A stretch of DNA of 57,471 nt from Cryobacterium sp. (GCA_035581905.1 DATISQ010000332.1:1-57471); one strand, 5' to 3'. Counted from the first letter of the stretch, positions 1 through 10,595 are shown. The notes: generated from the letters alone by a model not told the origin. Numbers and translations: made by a program.

Positions 1-9
1 GGAGGCAGA

Positions 10-1326
10 GTGAGTACGCACGATGTGGTTGTCGTTGGAGCCGGCCTTGCTGGGTTGAGTGCTGCCCGGGACCTGATGAACGCCGGGTCGGATGTTGTTG
101 TGTTGGAGGCTCGTGCGCGGCCCGGCGGGCGGGTCGAGCAAGCCAGGACTGCCGATGGCCGCCTGGTTCAACTCGGCGGAGAAGTCGTGGGCGACTCGCA
201 CTCGGCGTATCGAGGGCTGGTCGATGAGCTGGGATTGCACCTCGGTCCGAGCTTCACCGAGAACCCGGGCGAGTCGGCCTGGCTGATGAACGACGGCCTG
301 TCTATGGGCAACGCGGCGCCATGGTTGTCGGCCTCGGACCAGCGCAAGTACGACCGAATCGAGCGGCACTTCGCAGAGTTGGCTGCAACCGTAGATCCAG
401 ACAATCCCTGGGGGCATCCCGACGCTGTGGCCCTGGACCGACTGTCAGTCGGTGACTGGTTGCGCTCTGAAGGCGCCACCCCTAACATCGTCCGCGCCCT
501 GGAAGTTCGCGCGATGGCCTTGGCGGAAGACTCCGTCGAACGGCGGTCACTGCTCGGCGACCTCCGCAAGGAGTCGGCGGCGGGCGCCCTCGGGTTCTAC
601 AACTACGACGCGTGGGAGAGCTTGAAGGTCGTCGAGGGCTCCGCGACCGTCGCACTTCTCATGGCCGAGCAACTCGCGCACCGCATTCGCTACTCGAGCC
701 CCGTAGCCGCCATCGACATCACCACGAGGGGTGTCTCCGTGACCCTTCACACCGGTGAGCGCTTCACCGGGACCGATGTCGTCTGCTCCCTGCCGGCAGG
801 GCCGCTTCGGGACGTTCGCATAACCGGTCTCAGCGCCGAACGCCTCGCATCGCTACACCGCCAGCAACACGCCCCGACCGCGAAGTTTGTGACCGTCTAC
901 GATTCCTCCTTCTGGGAGGAGAACAACCAGAACGGCACCGGCTACTTTGAGCACACCATCCTCGGCGGGACGTGGGTCCAGAACACGGGCATTCTCTCTG
1001 CACTCGTACCCGTCGGCAAGCTGGGGCCCTACTGCGCCACGCCGCCGACGCTCCGTGAGAAGGTCCTGACGGCGGAACTGGGATTAGCCTACGGGCCAAG
1101 GGCTACAACCCCGACGGCCGTCTTCATGCGCAACTGGGGTGCGGATCCGTGGACGCAGGGTTACATCACAGCCTGGCGTCCCGGAGAGGTCACCGCCGTC
1201 GGTCCCCTTCATGGCACGCACGAACCTCCCTTCTGGGTGGTGGGCTCCGACCATTGGGTGTGCGGTTACATGGAAGGCGCCGTGCGCACCGGACGCGCAG
1301 CCGCCCGGGAACTCATCGGAAGATGA
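10..1326 (+). CDS. Flavin monoamine oxidase family FAD-dependent oxidoreductase
   Basis: GGAGG RBS before GTG; Rossmann [22 protein letters not shown] and C-terminal [10 protein letters not shown] motifs of flavin amine oxidases. Confidence 0.88.
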   Translation: MSTHDVVVVGAGLAGLSAARDLMNAGSDVVVLEARARPGGRVEQARTADGRLVQLGGEVVGDSHSAYRGLVDELGLHLGPSFTENPGESAWLMNDGLSMGNAAPWLSASDQRKYDRIERHFAELAATVDPDNPWGHPDAVALDRLSVGDWLRSEGATPNIVRALEVRAMALAEDSVERRSLLGDLRKESAAGALGFYNYDAWESLKVVEGSATVALLMAEQLAHRIRYSSPVAAIDITTRGVSVTLHTGERFTGTDVVCSLPAGPLRDVRITGLSAERLASLHRQQHAPTAKFVTVYDSSFWEENNQNGTGYFEHTILGGTWVQNTGILSALVPVGKLGPYCATPPTLREKVLTAELGLAYGPRATTPTAVFMRNWGADPWTQGYITAWRPGEVTAVGPLHGTHEPPFWVVGSDHWVCGYMEGAVRTGRAAARELIGR

Positions 1327-1404
1327 AGTTTCGGGGGAGTGGCGTTTGGGAACCTGTATCCAGTAGAGCGTCCACCGTCGGGCCCCAGTCACGTGGCAAG
1401 AAAG

Positions 1405-1512
1405 TACGAAGCCGAGGCGCTCGCAGTAGGGCGCGTTCCACGGAACGTCTCGGAATGTAGTCAGCGTCACGGCGGGGAGTCCGCCTTCTCGTGCCCAAGA
1501 GTCAGCCACCCA
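1405..1512 (-). pseudogene. C-terminal remnant of a GNAT acetyltransferase
   Basis: [30 protein letters not shown] matches the GNAT end motif (LTTFxxVPWNAPxYxRLGF); no intact N-terminus seen. Confidence 0.6.
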
Positions 1513-1868
1513 GTGAGAGGAAGATGACACGTTTGCTGTTTCACAACGGGTGTGTGTGGTGGCGCGGCGGACGCCGACGATACTGAAAAATAGACTTTGA
1601 TCGGCTCATCTAGTTGCCGCCGAAGTGGCGAGACAATGAACCCATTGTCATGGTCTCTCGTAGTTGCCGCAATGGTGACGCCGACGTGCTGCTCACCTAC
1701 AGGAACCACCCGGTATCCTGATAGTTCTGAACATTTAGACACACCTTGAGAGGCGTTGACCGCAACTGTGGGCTCACCAGCCATGGCCCCGTGGGCCATT
1801 GACAGGCCAAGCAAGACTCCACACCGAACGCGATCGTTCCCGTTGCATTGTGACGGGGTGATCTCCTC

Positions 1869-3287
1869 GTGATTGAGACTCTGCTCCTCTTACTTCTCGG
1901 TATCGTCATCACTCTCGTGATCATCGCGGCCAACGGCTATTTCGTCGCCCAGGAATTCGCCTACATGTCGGTGGACCGCAACCGGCTCGGCGCGCGTGCG
2001 GCGGCGGGGGACGCTGCGGCGGTGCGTGCACTCGCTGTCACGAAGCGGACGTCATTCATGCTTTCCGGGGCGCAACTGGGCATCACCGTCACCGGTCTTC
2101 TCGTGGGTTTCGTCGCCCAGCCGCTTATCGGTGAATCTCTTGGCGCTCTGCTGGGTGGAGTCGGCGTGTCGATGGCTGTCAGCGTCACCCTGGGCACTGT
2201 TATCGCCTTGGTGCTCGCGACAGTTGTGCAAATGATTTTCGGTGAGCTGTACCCCAAGAACCTCGCCATTGCGAACCCTGAACCCCTCGCGCGCGGCCTG
2301 GCCCGATCGACCACGATCTATCTTGCGGTTTTCGGATGGCTCATCGCCATTTTCGATTTCGCGGCCAATGCCCTGCTCCGCCTGCTCCGCATCGAACCCG
2401 TGCACGATGTTGATTCCAGCGCCTCGGCGCTGGACCTTGAGCGAATCGTTTCGGACTCCCGCGACAGCGGCGACCTGCCCGTCGAGCTGTCTCTCATGCT
2501 CGACCGCATTCTCGAATTCCCCGCACAGGACGTCGAGCATGCAATGATTCCCCGTTCGCTCGTTGCCACAGTCCGCCCCAACACCACCATCGGTGAGGTG
2601 CGCGAATTGATGGCGCGTGCCCACACCCGTTACCCGGTCGTGGACGAGGAAAGCCAGCCCCTCGGCGTCGTGCAACTCGCCGATGTTCTCGGTTCCAAGC
2701 TCTCCAAGGACGCCCCCGTTACGGCTCTAATGCAGCCGGCGGTGGTTCTCTCCGCGCAAATGAAGCTGCCGGATGCCCTCGCCGAAATCACCCGATCCCG
2801 CAACGAACTCGCCTGTGTGATCGACGAGTACGGTGGCTTTGCCGGCGTCCTCACCCTCGAAGACCTCGCGGAAGAAATCGTCGGAGAGATCACTGACGAA
2901 CACGACGAGGCTGCCGCGCCCTCCGTCGACTCCGACGGCGACGCGGTCTGGCTCATGAGCGGCGACGTCCACGTCGACGAGATGCACCGGGCCATTGGTT
3001 ACGAATTGCCCGCCGGAGACTTTGAGACCGTCGCGGGGCTCATCATTGCCGAGCGCGGCGGGCTTCCATTCGCGGGGGAGACCATCCAGGTCGCCTTGCC
3101 CGATGACCCTGCTGATCTCGTCCGAAACGACGATGTGCACAGGTCGCTCGAGATCGAGATCCTCACCATCGAACGCCACGTTCCGCACGAGGTGCGCGTG
3201 AGGCTCGTCGAGAGCCTCGGCGATGACCAGGAGCCGAAGAACGGCTCCAAACCGGTTGCCGACGACTCTAGGGAGGTTGGCCGATGA
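1869..3287 (+). CDS. HlyC/CorC (CNNM/DUF21 + CBS + CorC) family transporter
   Basis: NGYFVAQEFA, AQLGIT, IFGELYPK, CBS pair, DEYGGFAGVLTLEDLAEEIVGEITDEHD. Confidence 0.9.
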   Translation: MIETLLLLLLGIVITLVIIAANGYFVAQEFAYMSVDRNRLGARAAAGDAAAVRALAVTKRTSFMLSGAQLGITVTGLLVGFVAQPLIGESLGALLGGVGVSMAVSVTLGTVIALVLATVVQMIFGELYPKNLAIANPEPLARGLARSTTIYLAVFGWLIAIFDFAANALLRLLRIEPVHDVDSSASALDLERIVSDSRDSGDLPVELSLMLDRILEFPAQDVEHAMIPRSLVATVRPNTTIGEVRELMARAHTRYPVVDEESQPLGVVQLADVLGSKLSKDAPVTALMQPAVVLSAQMKLPDALAEITRSRNELACVIDEYGGFAGVLTLEDLAEEIVGEITDEHDEAAAPSVDSDGDAVWLMSGDVHVDEMHRAIGYELPAGDFETVAGLIIAERGGLPFAGETIQVALPDDPADLVRNDDVHRSLEIEILTIERHVPHEVRVRLVESLGDDQEPKNGSKPVADDSREVGR

Positions 3288-4318
3288 ACGATGGTCTTGT
3301 CGTGGCTATCGCCACCGTCATCCTGATTGCACTCAGCGCGTTCTTCGTGATCATCGAGTTTGCACTGCTGGGTGCACGACGCCACCGCCTTGAGGCGACC
3401 GCGGCGACGGATCGCTCCGCCCGCGCAGCCCTCAAGGGGGTCAACGAACTGACCCTGATGCTCGCCGGTGCTCAGCTGGGGATCACGGCGTGCACGTTCG
3501 CGCTCGGCGCCGTCACCAAGCCCGCGCTCGACTACTGGCTCGGGCCGATACTCTCGGCCTGGGGCCTCCCGGATTGGGCCGCCGGCGTTCTCGCCTTCTC
3601 CCTGTCGCTTCTCATCGTCACCTTCCTGCACCTCGTGGTGGGCGAGATGGCTCCGAAATCATGGGCCATCGCCCACCCCGAGACGGCGGCGAAGGTGATC
3701 GGCATCCCGTCTCGCATCTTCATCTGGCCCTTCCGGCCCCTCCTGATGTGGATCAACAGCATCGCTAACAAGCTGGTGAGCGCGTCGGGTGTCGTCCCCG
3801 TGGAGAGTGCCGCCGTGGGTGGCCAGAACGCCGAGACGATCCGCCACCTTGTCGAACTGTCTTCCCGCACAGGCATGCTCGACAGTTCCTTCCAGGATCA
3901 GCTCCAGGCCGCCATCGAACTTGAGACTCTGCGCCTGGACGCGCTCGTCAACATAAGTTCGATCCCGACCGTCGTGCCCCTCGATGCGACGGTAGCCGAT
4001 GTGCAGCGGGCGGCCGCGCAGTCCGGCCACATGCGCATCCTCGTCGGTGAACCAAACCGGGGCATACCCGGCGTCATCCACGTGCGGGATACCCTGCTCG
4101 ACGCCCTCGAGGCTCCCGCCGCCCCATTTGTGCGAACCGCCCTGGCGATCGCAGGCGAGACGCCGGTATACGACGTCCTCGCCCAGATGCGCGCGACGAG
4201 CCAGCAGCTCGTCGTGGTGGTTGACGACGGCACCTTCCGCGGGGTCGTGACCCTGTCCGACGTACTCCCACGACTGCTACCGCGCTCCGACGGGACGTCG
4301 GCAGTGGCAGTCAGCTGA
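3284..4318 (+). CDS. CNNM/DUF21-CBS domain protein (partner of the upstream gene)
   Basis: ATGA overlap; SAFFVIIEFA, AQLGIT, VVGEMAPK, CBS pair. Confidence 0.9.
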   Translation: MNDGLVVAIATVILIALSAFFVIIEFALLGARRHRLEATAATDRSARAALKGVNELTLMLAGAQLGITACTFALGAVTKPALDYWLGPILSAWGLPDWAAGVLAFSLSLLIVTFLHLVVGEMAPKSWAIAHPETAAKVIGIPSRIFIWPFRPLLMWINSIANKLVSASGVVPVESAAVGGQNAETIRHLVELSSRTGMLDSSFQDQLQAAIELETLRLDALVNISSIPTVVPLDATVADVQRAAAQSGHMRILVGEPNRGIPGVIHVRDTLLDALEAPAAPFVRTALAIAGETPVYDVLAQMRATSQQLVVVVDDGTFRGVVTLSDVLPRLLPRSDGTSAVAVS

Positions 4319-4321
4319 CCG

Positions 4322-4408
4322 TTACACGTCGCCGAAGTTCGTCTCGCCTGCCTGGTGGCCATCGCCGCCGGTGGGCGTAGTACTTGGCCGCTCCCCGGCA
4401 CCGCTCAT
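4322..4408 (-). pseudogene. 28-codon stub of a gene once coupled downstream of the thioredoxin-like gene
   Basis: ATG overlaps the upstream TGA (GCATGA); reads MSGAGERPSTTPTGGDGHQAGETNFGDV*. Confidence 0.3.
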
Positions 4409-4704
4409 GCTTCGGCGATCGCTTCGCGCAGTTGTTGCAGCGTCGGGGCCCCGGCGAACCCGGCAGGGGTGGCATAAATACGGCAGGCGAGCCCCACCGC
4501 GGCCGACAGGTCAGGGAAGAGGTCCCGCCCGTCGACCAGAATGCTCGGGGATCCCCGGAAGCCGATCGTCTCCGCGTCCTCCGGGGTTTCGATCAGGTGC
4601 CGGTTTACGTTGACGCCGGGTCGTTCTGCTGCGATCATCCCGAGCCGCTCGGCCGCGATCGTCCAGTTCGGGCAACCGTCGAAGTACTGCAATGTGATTT
4701 CCAT
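4405..4704 (-). CDS. Small thioredoxin-fold protein of MerR/heavy-metal cassettes
   Basis: MEITLQYFDGCPNW...GFRGSPSILVDGRDLF...GLACRIY; family usually divergent from a MerR regulator. Confidence 0.8.
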   Translation of the reverse strand: MEITLQYFDGCPNWTIAAERLGMIAAERPGVNVNRHLIETPEDAETIGFRGSPSILVDGRDLFPDLSAAVGLACRIYATPAGFAGAPTLQQLREAIAEA

Positions 4705-4710
4705 GTCTTC

Positions 4711-4741
4711 ACGGTAAACGTTGGACACGCTACAAGGTCGC
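4711..4741 (-). promoter_or_regulatory. MerR/CueR-type promoter-operator
   Basis: Minus strand: -10 TACCGT 6 nt before the ATG, 19-bp spacer, degenerate -35 GCGACC, overlapping dyad ACCTTG-N9-CAACGT (4718-4738). Confidence 0.6.
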
Positions 4742-4757
4742 CTTGTGGAATGGAAGC

Positions 4758-4979
4758 ATGCAGATCAGGGACCTTGCCAGGGCGAGCGGCGTGACCGCAC
4801 AGACCAGCGATGGACGGCTCCGTCATACCGGCAGTCCCCCCCCCCGACCAACGGAACGGACGACGTCGTCTGCCACGTTCGACCCGGTGACGCCGAAATC
4901 CTGGTTGATCTGGGGGATCGCCGCCTGCATCCTGGGACTTGCCGTGCTGCCGTTCATGCGTCTGATTTTCACAATGTGA
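4758..4979 (+). pseudogene. Truncated MerR-family regulator fused to an unrelated hydrophobic tail
   Basis: MQIRDLARASGVTAQT is a MerR HTH start; the expected LRFYE continuation is absent. Confidence 0.65.
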
Positions 4980-5232
4980 TCGCTCTTGGTAAAGTAGGAA
5001 TATGTTTTCGAAAATGCGTGCGCTGAACGTGGGCTTTGTGCCGACGTCTTGGGTGATGACGCATCCCGGAACGAACGGGTACCTCTCTAGCTGGGGTGCC
5101 ATTCTCGCAGGGGCTTCTCCTGCAGTTGTCGTCGTTTAGCGTCGACCCGAGTTCACCAAGCGCGTTGCGTGGGTGAGCACATTCCTTTCCGGTTCGGTGC
5201 GTTTATTCTCCGGACGACGAAAAGGTGTTTTG

Positions 5233-8028
5233 ATGCTCATTGGGTGCATCGCACTCGTCGCTGCCGCATGCGTGGCAGCCATGGTGCTTGGCAGGACTTT
5301 CGGCCGCAATAGTGGTTTTCTTCTTGCGATCCCGTTACTGGCCGCCGCCGGCCTGCTTGTGGCCGCATCCGCAGATGGCCCCACAGCTGAAGTGTGGCCG
5401 TGGATGTCGAGTATCGGTGTCAGCTTCGCGCTGCGGCTCGACGGCCTGGGCCTGCTCTTCGGCCTGTTGGTGACGGTCATCGGGGCCGGTGTGATGATGT
5501 ACTCCGCTAGGTACCTTGGCCGTGGAAATCACACGGGCTTTTACGTCTTGATGACGGCATTTGCCCTGGCAATGCTCGTGTTGGTGCTCGCCGATGACGT
5601 CGTTCTCTTGTTCGTGGCCTGGGAAGCGACCACGCTCTGCTCGTTCTTCCTCATTGCGCGTTCGGGAGCACACGCTCGTGAGCCTGCTATCCGCACCCTC
5701 CTGGTGACCGCACTGGGCGGCTTGAGCCTGCTGGGCGCGGCGGTGGCCATGACGATCGCGGCCGGAACGACCCGAATTAGTGAGATCCTCGAGGCGCCGT
5801 TCTGGAACGAGAACTCGACGGTCACGACGTGGGTGGTGGTCCTGTTGGCGATTGCCGCGTTCACGAAGTCCGCGCAGTTTCCGTTCCACGCCTGGCTGCC
5901 CGACTCTATGGTGGCAATCACTCCGGTCAGCGCGTACCTTCACGCGGCGGCGATGGTCAAAGCGGGCATCTACCTGCTGCTGCTCTTTTCTCCGGTGCTG
6001 AACGACAATGCCCTCTGGTCGTCGTTGCTGATCTCCAGCGGCGCCGTGACCGCCCTGCTCGGCGGCATCGCGGCTTTGCGCCGCAGGGACCTCAAGGAGT
6101 TGCTGGCCTACTCCACGATCAGTCAACTCGGTCTGCTCGTGCTCCTCATCGGCGTGGGCACGCCGGAAGCACTGACCGCGGCCGTGGTTCACACCGTGGC
6201 ACACGCACTGTTCAAGGCGGCGCTGTTCATGGTTGTCGGCATCCTCGATCACCAGGCCGGGTCACGGAACATCCGCGAACTCGCCCGGCTGAACGTTCGG
6301 ATGCCCGTCACCCTCACTGTCGCAGCCATCGCCGCCTTGTCCATGGCCGGCGTGCCGCCGCTGCTCGGCTTCGTGAGCAAGGAGAGCATGTTCGTTGCGC
6401 TCCTTGCCACGCCAGGGCCGACGTGGCTTGCCCCGGTGGTCACTCTTGTCGTTGCGCTGACAGCGGTTCTCACTTTCGCCTACGCCGGCCGGTTCGTCAT
6501 CGGCGCCGCGGGCGGTCGCTCCGGTCGACTGGTGAGCGAGGCCCCGGCTGCATTCTGGGCCGCACCCGCCTTGTTCGCCGCGGCTGGGCTTGCGTTTGGT
6601 ATTGCACCGGCGCTTCTCGACTCGCTGGTGGGCGCGGCAAGCTCGGATGCGTCCGGAACCGTCAGTACTCCGCATCTCGAACTCTGGCACGGTCTGACCC
6701 CTGCCCTCCTGATTTCCGTCCTGGTCCTCAGCGCCGGTACGGCGCTGGTTCTCTTGCGATCGCGGGTAGAGCCGGTCCTTCTGCGTGTGCACTTCCCCTT
6801 CCATGCGCTTACGATCGTCGACAAAATCAGGGCCGGTATTATCCGGCTCGGCGAGCCGGTAGGCCGGCTCAGCGCATCCGATGCACCGAGACGGCACCTG
6901 TTGATCCCCGTGCTTTGCCTGATCAGTATCGCCGCCGTCGGCGTCGGTTTCGTAGGCGATTTGCCCGCGATCGTGGGAGACCCGACTCAACCGCTGGATT
7001 GGGTGCTTGTCATCCTGGTCCTGGTCGGGACGGTTGCAACCGTTCTGGCGGGCACTCGTGTCTCGGCGATCGTTGTCGTCGGAGTCATCGGGTTCGCCAT
7101 GACACTGTGGTTCTTCTGGCTCGGTGCGGCCGACGTGGCACTGACGCAGCTACTCGTCGAGATCCTCACCATCTGCGTACTGGTGCTGGTCCTACGGCGG
7201 CTGCCGCGACGCTTCCGCCGCGACAGCGCCCGTCGACGGATGTCTTCCGCGGTTGTCGCTGCCGCCGCCGGACTTGCCACGACTCTGGGAGTTATCGCCT
7301 TCACCGGGCGGCGGGAACTCTCCGGCGCTGCCGAATACTTCTTGCGCAACGCCCAGGAGGAAACCGGTGGCGCCAATGTCGTGAACACCATCCTGGTGGA
7401 TTTCCGGGCGCTGGACACCCTCGGAGAACTGACCGTACTCGGAGTGGCCGGCGTCGCGGTTGCGGCACTCCTCTCGGCCCGTCGCGCGATCGACCCGGCT
7501 GTCGACGACTCCGCCGTCGATTCGGCTGTGGATGAAGACTCGCCGCTGGCGAACGCCCGCCACAACTCCGTCTTTGCGCAGTCATTGAGCCGCTGGGCGG
7601 GACCGCTGACCATCGTGCTGTCGCTCATGCTGCTACTGCGTGGTCATCAGGATCCCGGCGGCGGCTTCATCGCTGCGCTGGTGGGAGGGGCTGGCTTTGC
7701 TCTGCTGTACCTCGCCGCCCCATCAGATGAATCGGCTCGCATCCGCTTGCCCTACATCGTGCTCATCGGGCTGGGGATCGCGACAGCGACGATCACCGGT
7801 TTCATGGGCTACGGCGACGGTTCGTTCCTGCGACCACTGCACGCCGACGTGTTAGGCATGCACCTCACCACAGCGCTCCTGTTCGATATCGGCGTATACC
7901 TCGCCGTGATCGGTGTTGTTCTGGCGTCTCTCAACCTGCTGGGCGTGGATCGCCGTACCACCCCCGTGTCGACTGCGTCTTTGCAGTCCGGCCCCAATGT
8001 TCGTATTGAAGAAGGGAGCCTCCGATGA
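5233..8028 (+). CDS. mrpA: Mrp/Mnh Na+/H+ antiporter subunit A (fused A+B)
   Basis: LFVAWE, TKSAQFPFHAWLPDSM, TPVSAYLHAAAMVKAG, NVVNTILVDFRALDTLGE, GHQDPGGGF; start placed after the AAAGGTG RBS. Confidence 0.92.
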   Translation: MLIGCIALVAAACVAAMVLGRTFGRNSGFLLAIPLLAAAGLLVAASADGPTAEVWPWMSSIGVSFALRLDGLGLLFGLLVTVIGAGVMMYSARYLGRGNHTGFYVLMTAFALAMLVLVLADDVVLLFVAWEATTLCSFFLIARSGAHAREPAIRTLLVTALGGLSLLGAAVAMTIAAGTTRISEILEAPFWNENSTVTTWVVVLLAIAAFTKSAQFPFHAWLPDSMVAITPVSAYLHAAAMVKAGIYLLLLFSPVLNDNALWSSLLISSGAVTALLGGIAALRRRDLKELLAYSTISQLGLLVLLIGVGTPEALTAAVVHTVAHALFKAALFMVVGILDHQAGSRNIRELARLNVRMPVTLTVAAIAALSMAGVPPLLGFVSKESMFVALLATPGPTWLAPVVTLVVALTAVLTFAYAGRFVIGAAGGRSGRLVSEAPAAFWAAPALFAAAGLAFGIAPALLDSLVGAASSDASGTVSTPHLELWHGLTPALLISVLVLSAGTALVLLRSRVEPVLLRVHFPFHALTIVDKIRAGIIRLGEPVGRLSASDAPRRHLLIPVLCLISIAAVGVGFVGDLPAIVGDPTQPLDWVLVILVLVGTVATVLAGTRVSAIVVVGVIGFAMTLWFFWLGAADVALTQLLVEILTICVLVLVLRRLPRRFRRDSARRRMSSAVVAAAAGLATTLGVIAFTGRRELSGAAEYFLRNAQEETGGANVVNTILVDFRALDTLGELTVLGVAGVAVAALLSARRAIDPAVDDSAVDSAVDEDSPLANARHNSVFAQSLSRWAGPLTIVLSLMLLLRGHQDPGGGFIAALVGGAGFALLYLAAPSDESARIRLPYIVLIGLGIATATITGFMGYGDGSFLRPLHADVLGMHLTTALLFDIGVYLAVIGVVLASLNLLGVDRRTTPVSTASLQSGPNVRIEEGSLR

Positions 8029-8429
8029 CCTTGGCCGTTTCTGCCGGGCTGCTCGTCTGCGGCGCCGTCTACCTCCTGCTCCGCCGTGAACTGCTGCGGG
8101 TGATCCTCGGATTCATCCTGCTCGGGCACGCTGTCAACCTCATTCTCATGGCCTCGGGAGGCGCAGCCGGACGTGCTGCACCGTTCGGCACATTAGACGA
8201 CACCGCGGGTGTCGCCGACCCTCTCCCTCAGGCCTTCGTTCTCACAGCGATCGTGATTGCTTTCTCCATCACGATCTTCCTCCTCAGCCTCGCCGTCACG
8301 GGAGAGCACGACGATGACACAGTCGACGTCAACGATGGTGATGATGTCAACGACGATACCGACGCAAGGGTGGGCGAGGCCTCTGAAACCGCCGCCCAGC
8401 TCGAGGCCTACAAGGGGCGTGTCGTATGA
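8025..8429 (+). CDS. mrpC: Mrp antiporter subunit C
   Basis: GHAVNL, ADPLPQAFVLTAIVIAFS; ATGA overlap. Confidence 0.92.
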   Translation: MTLAVSAGLLVCGAVYLLLRRELLRVILGFILLGHAVNLILMASGGAAGRAAPFGTLDDTAGVADPLPQAFVLTAIVIAFSITIFLLSLAVTGEHDDDTVDVNDGDDVNDDTDARVGEASETAAQLEAYKGRVV

Positions 8430-9958
8430 CCGCGATGCTGCTCCCCATGTTCGTTGCCGTCCCGATGCTGCTGGCGGCGCTGCTCATCACCGTCGGCCGG
8501 CGTCCGCGCCTGCAAGCGGGGTTCCTGCTGGCCGGTTCGACGGGATCGATGATCGCCGGCCTGGCCCTGATCGGAATCGTCGATGCCGGTGGAGTGATGG
8601 CGCACGGCGTGGGCGCGTGGCCGTTCGGTATCGCCATCCCCCTGGCGGCAGACATGTTCACGGCGCTGATGCTGACCGCGACGGGGCTCCTGACCGCGGT
8701 GTGTTCGTTGTTCGCCATCACCTCGAGGGCCGCAGACGGTCGTTTCTTCGCACCGCTCGTTCTTGTGCTCATGGCGGGAGTGAACGGGGCCCTGCTGACG
8801 GTCGATCTGTTCAACCTCTTCGTCTTCATTGAGGTGATGCTTCTCCCGTCCTACGCCCTCATCGTGCTCGCCGCCCCGGGCAAAGGACGCCTCCGGCAGG
8901 TCACCGGTGCACGGCTATACGTCACTGTCAACCTGTTCACCTCGACGGTGTTCCTCGCCGGAGTCGCCTTCATCTACGGCACGGCCGGCACGGTGAACCT
9001 CGCCGAACTCGCCGGAGCGGCGCACGAGTCCGACGCGGTTGCACTCGCGGCCGGGATCTGTCTGTTCGCGCTATCGATCAAGGCCGCCATCGTTCCCGTG
9101 CACGGCTGGCTCGCGCGCACCTACCCGGCCACCTCACCCGCGGTGACGGCTCTGTTCTCCGGCCTGCACACCAAAGTTGCGATCTACGCCATCTACCGCA
9201 TGTATGCCCAGCTCTTTGAGGGCGACGACAGATTCCTTGGCATCGGCATCGTCGTCTTCACTCTGACGATGATCGTTGGCGTACTCGCGGCTGTCGGTGA
9301 GACCACGACCCGGTCCATTCTGTCTTTCCACATGGTCAGCCAGATCGGGTACATCATGATCGGCGTTGCGCTCTTCACCGGTGCTGGCCTTGCCGCGGGA
9401 ATCTTCTATCTGATTCACCACATGATCGTGAAGGCGGCGCTCTTTCTCTCAACGGGCGCTATCGAGGTGCGCTATGGGACCGGTCAGCTCAGTCGCCTCG
9501 GCGGCATGGGCCGCCGAGAACCGCTGATCGCCGTCGTGTTCCTCATCGCCGCGTTCTCAATGGCCGGCATGCCGCCGTTCTCCGGTTTTGTCGCCAAACT
9601 CTCCATCGTGCTGGCTTCGGTCGACGCCGGCCAGATAGTCGTTGTGGTGGCCATGTTGGCCGTGAGCCTGATCACGCTGCTGTCGATGCTCAAGATCTGG
9701 TCGGGAGTTTTCTGGGGGCACCTCCCCGACGACCATGATCACGCTCACGAGAACCGGGCAGCCGCCCGAGGTGGCGTTGCCGTGCAGGCACCGCCGACGG
9801 CACGAGTCGGCCTCGCCCTCGCTGCCCCCGCGATCATTCTCGCCGCCCTCACCATCGGGCTGGGCATCGGCGGCGAAATCCTCCTGGGACTAGCGAGCAC
9901 CGCCGCAGACGGCCTGCTGGATATCAGCGCCTACACGGAGGCGGTGATGGGCGAATGA
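8426..9958 (+). CDS. mrpD: Mrp antiporter subunit D
   Basis: DLFNLFVFIEVML, KAAIVPVHGWL, LHTKV, HHMIVKAALFL, GMPPFSGFVAK. Confidence 0.92.
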   Translation: MTAMLLPMFVAVPMLLAALLITVGRRPRLQAGFLLAGSTGSMIAGLALIGIVDAGGVMAHGVGAWPFGIAIPLAADMFTALMLTATGLLTAVCSLFAITSRAADGRFFAPLVLVLMAGVNGALLTVDLFNLFVFIEVMLLPSYALIVLAAPGKGRLRQVTGARLYVTVNLFTSTVFLAGVAFIYGTAGTVNLAELAGAAHESDAVALAAGICLFALSIKAAIVPVHGWLARTYPATSPAVTALFSGLHTKVAIYAIYRMYAQLFEGDDRFLGIGIVVFTLTMIVGVLAAVGETTTRSILSFHMVSQIGYIMIGVALFTGAGLAAGIFYLIHHMIVKAALFLSTGAIEVRYGTGQLSRLGGMGRREPLIAVVFLIAAFSMAGMPPFSGFVAKLSIVLASVDAGQIVVVVAMLAVSLITLLSMLKIWSGVFWGHLPDDHDHAHENRAAARGGVAVQAPPTARVGLALAAPAIILAALTIGLGIGGEILLGLASTAADGLLDISAYTEAVMGE

Positions 9959-10338
9959 CCTGGGTTAGCTGGCCGTTGCGTTTCCTGGTCTTCTGGGCCT
10001 GGTTTGCTAAGGAACTTGTCGTTGCGAATGGGAACGTGCTCTATGACAACCTCACCCCCGGTCAGAACTCCACCACGGGAATCGCCCGCTTCCCAACGCG
10101 CTGCCGCACCGATGCAGAGATCACCCTGCTGGCGGCTCTGATCACTCTGACCCCCGGAACCCTCACGATCGGTACCACCGTCACTGACAGCACTACGGAG
10201 GGCAGAGAGAAGACGGGAACTCGGGTGCTGTTCGTGCACGGTATGTATCACGCGACCGCCGAAGAGCTGCGGTCAGTCCTCTCCGATACGGAAACCCGAA
10301 TGCTCTCGGCGGTTCGACGGAAAGGACTGAACGGATGA
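9955..10338 (+). CDS. mrpE: Mrp antiporter subunit E
   Basis: LITLTPGTL and LFVHGM motifs; operon position. Confidence 0.9.
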   Translation: MTWVSWPLRFLVFWAWFAKELVVANGNVLYDNLTPGQNSTTGIARFPTRCRTDAEITLLAALITLTPGTLTIGTTVTDSTTEGREKTGTRVLFVHGMYHATAEELRSVLSDTETRMLSAVRRKGLNG

Positions 10339-10595
10339 TGATCGGACTCGACATCGGCATCGGCGTCATCGTGCTCGCCTGCCTCGCCGCGACCTACCGG
10401 ATACTGGTCGGCCCTACCGAGGCGGACCGGGTGATCGGTGGCGACCTGCTCCTCTTCGGCATGATCGGCCTCCTCGCCCTGTTCGGCGTGCGCATCGGCA
10501 GCACCGCCACCTTCGACATCGTCCTGATCGCGTCGTTCGTCGGCTTCCTCAGCGCCCTGTCCCTCGCCCGCATTCTCACGAGAGGAAAACGATGA
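10335..10595 (+). CDS. mrpF: Mrp antiporter subunit F
   Basis: YRILVGPTEADRVIGGD; three TM helices. Confidence 0.9.
   Translation: MMIGLDIGIGVIVLACLAATYRILVGPTEADRVIGGDLLLFGMIGLLALFGVRIGSTATFDIVLIASFVGFLSALSLARILTRGKR

Noticed and set aside
1611-1670. 10-bp direct repeat TAGTTGCCGC 50 bp apart
   Set aside because: Only two short copies; compatible with chance
1740-1868. yybP-ykoY-like riboswitch before the CNNM gene (GCAAGAC, hairpins)
   Set aside because: The 5' GGGGAGTA signature is absent; cannot be supported without a covariance model
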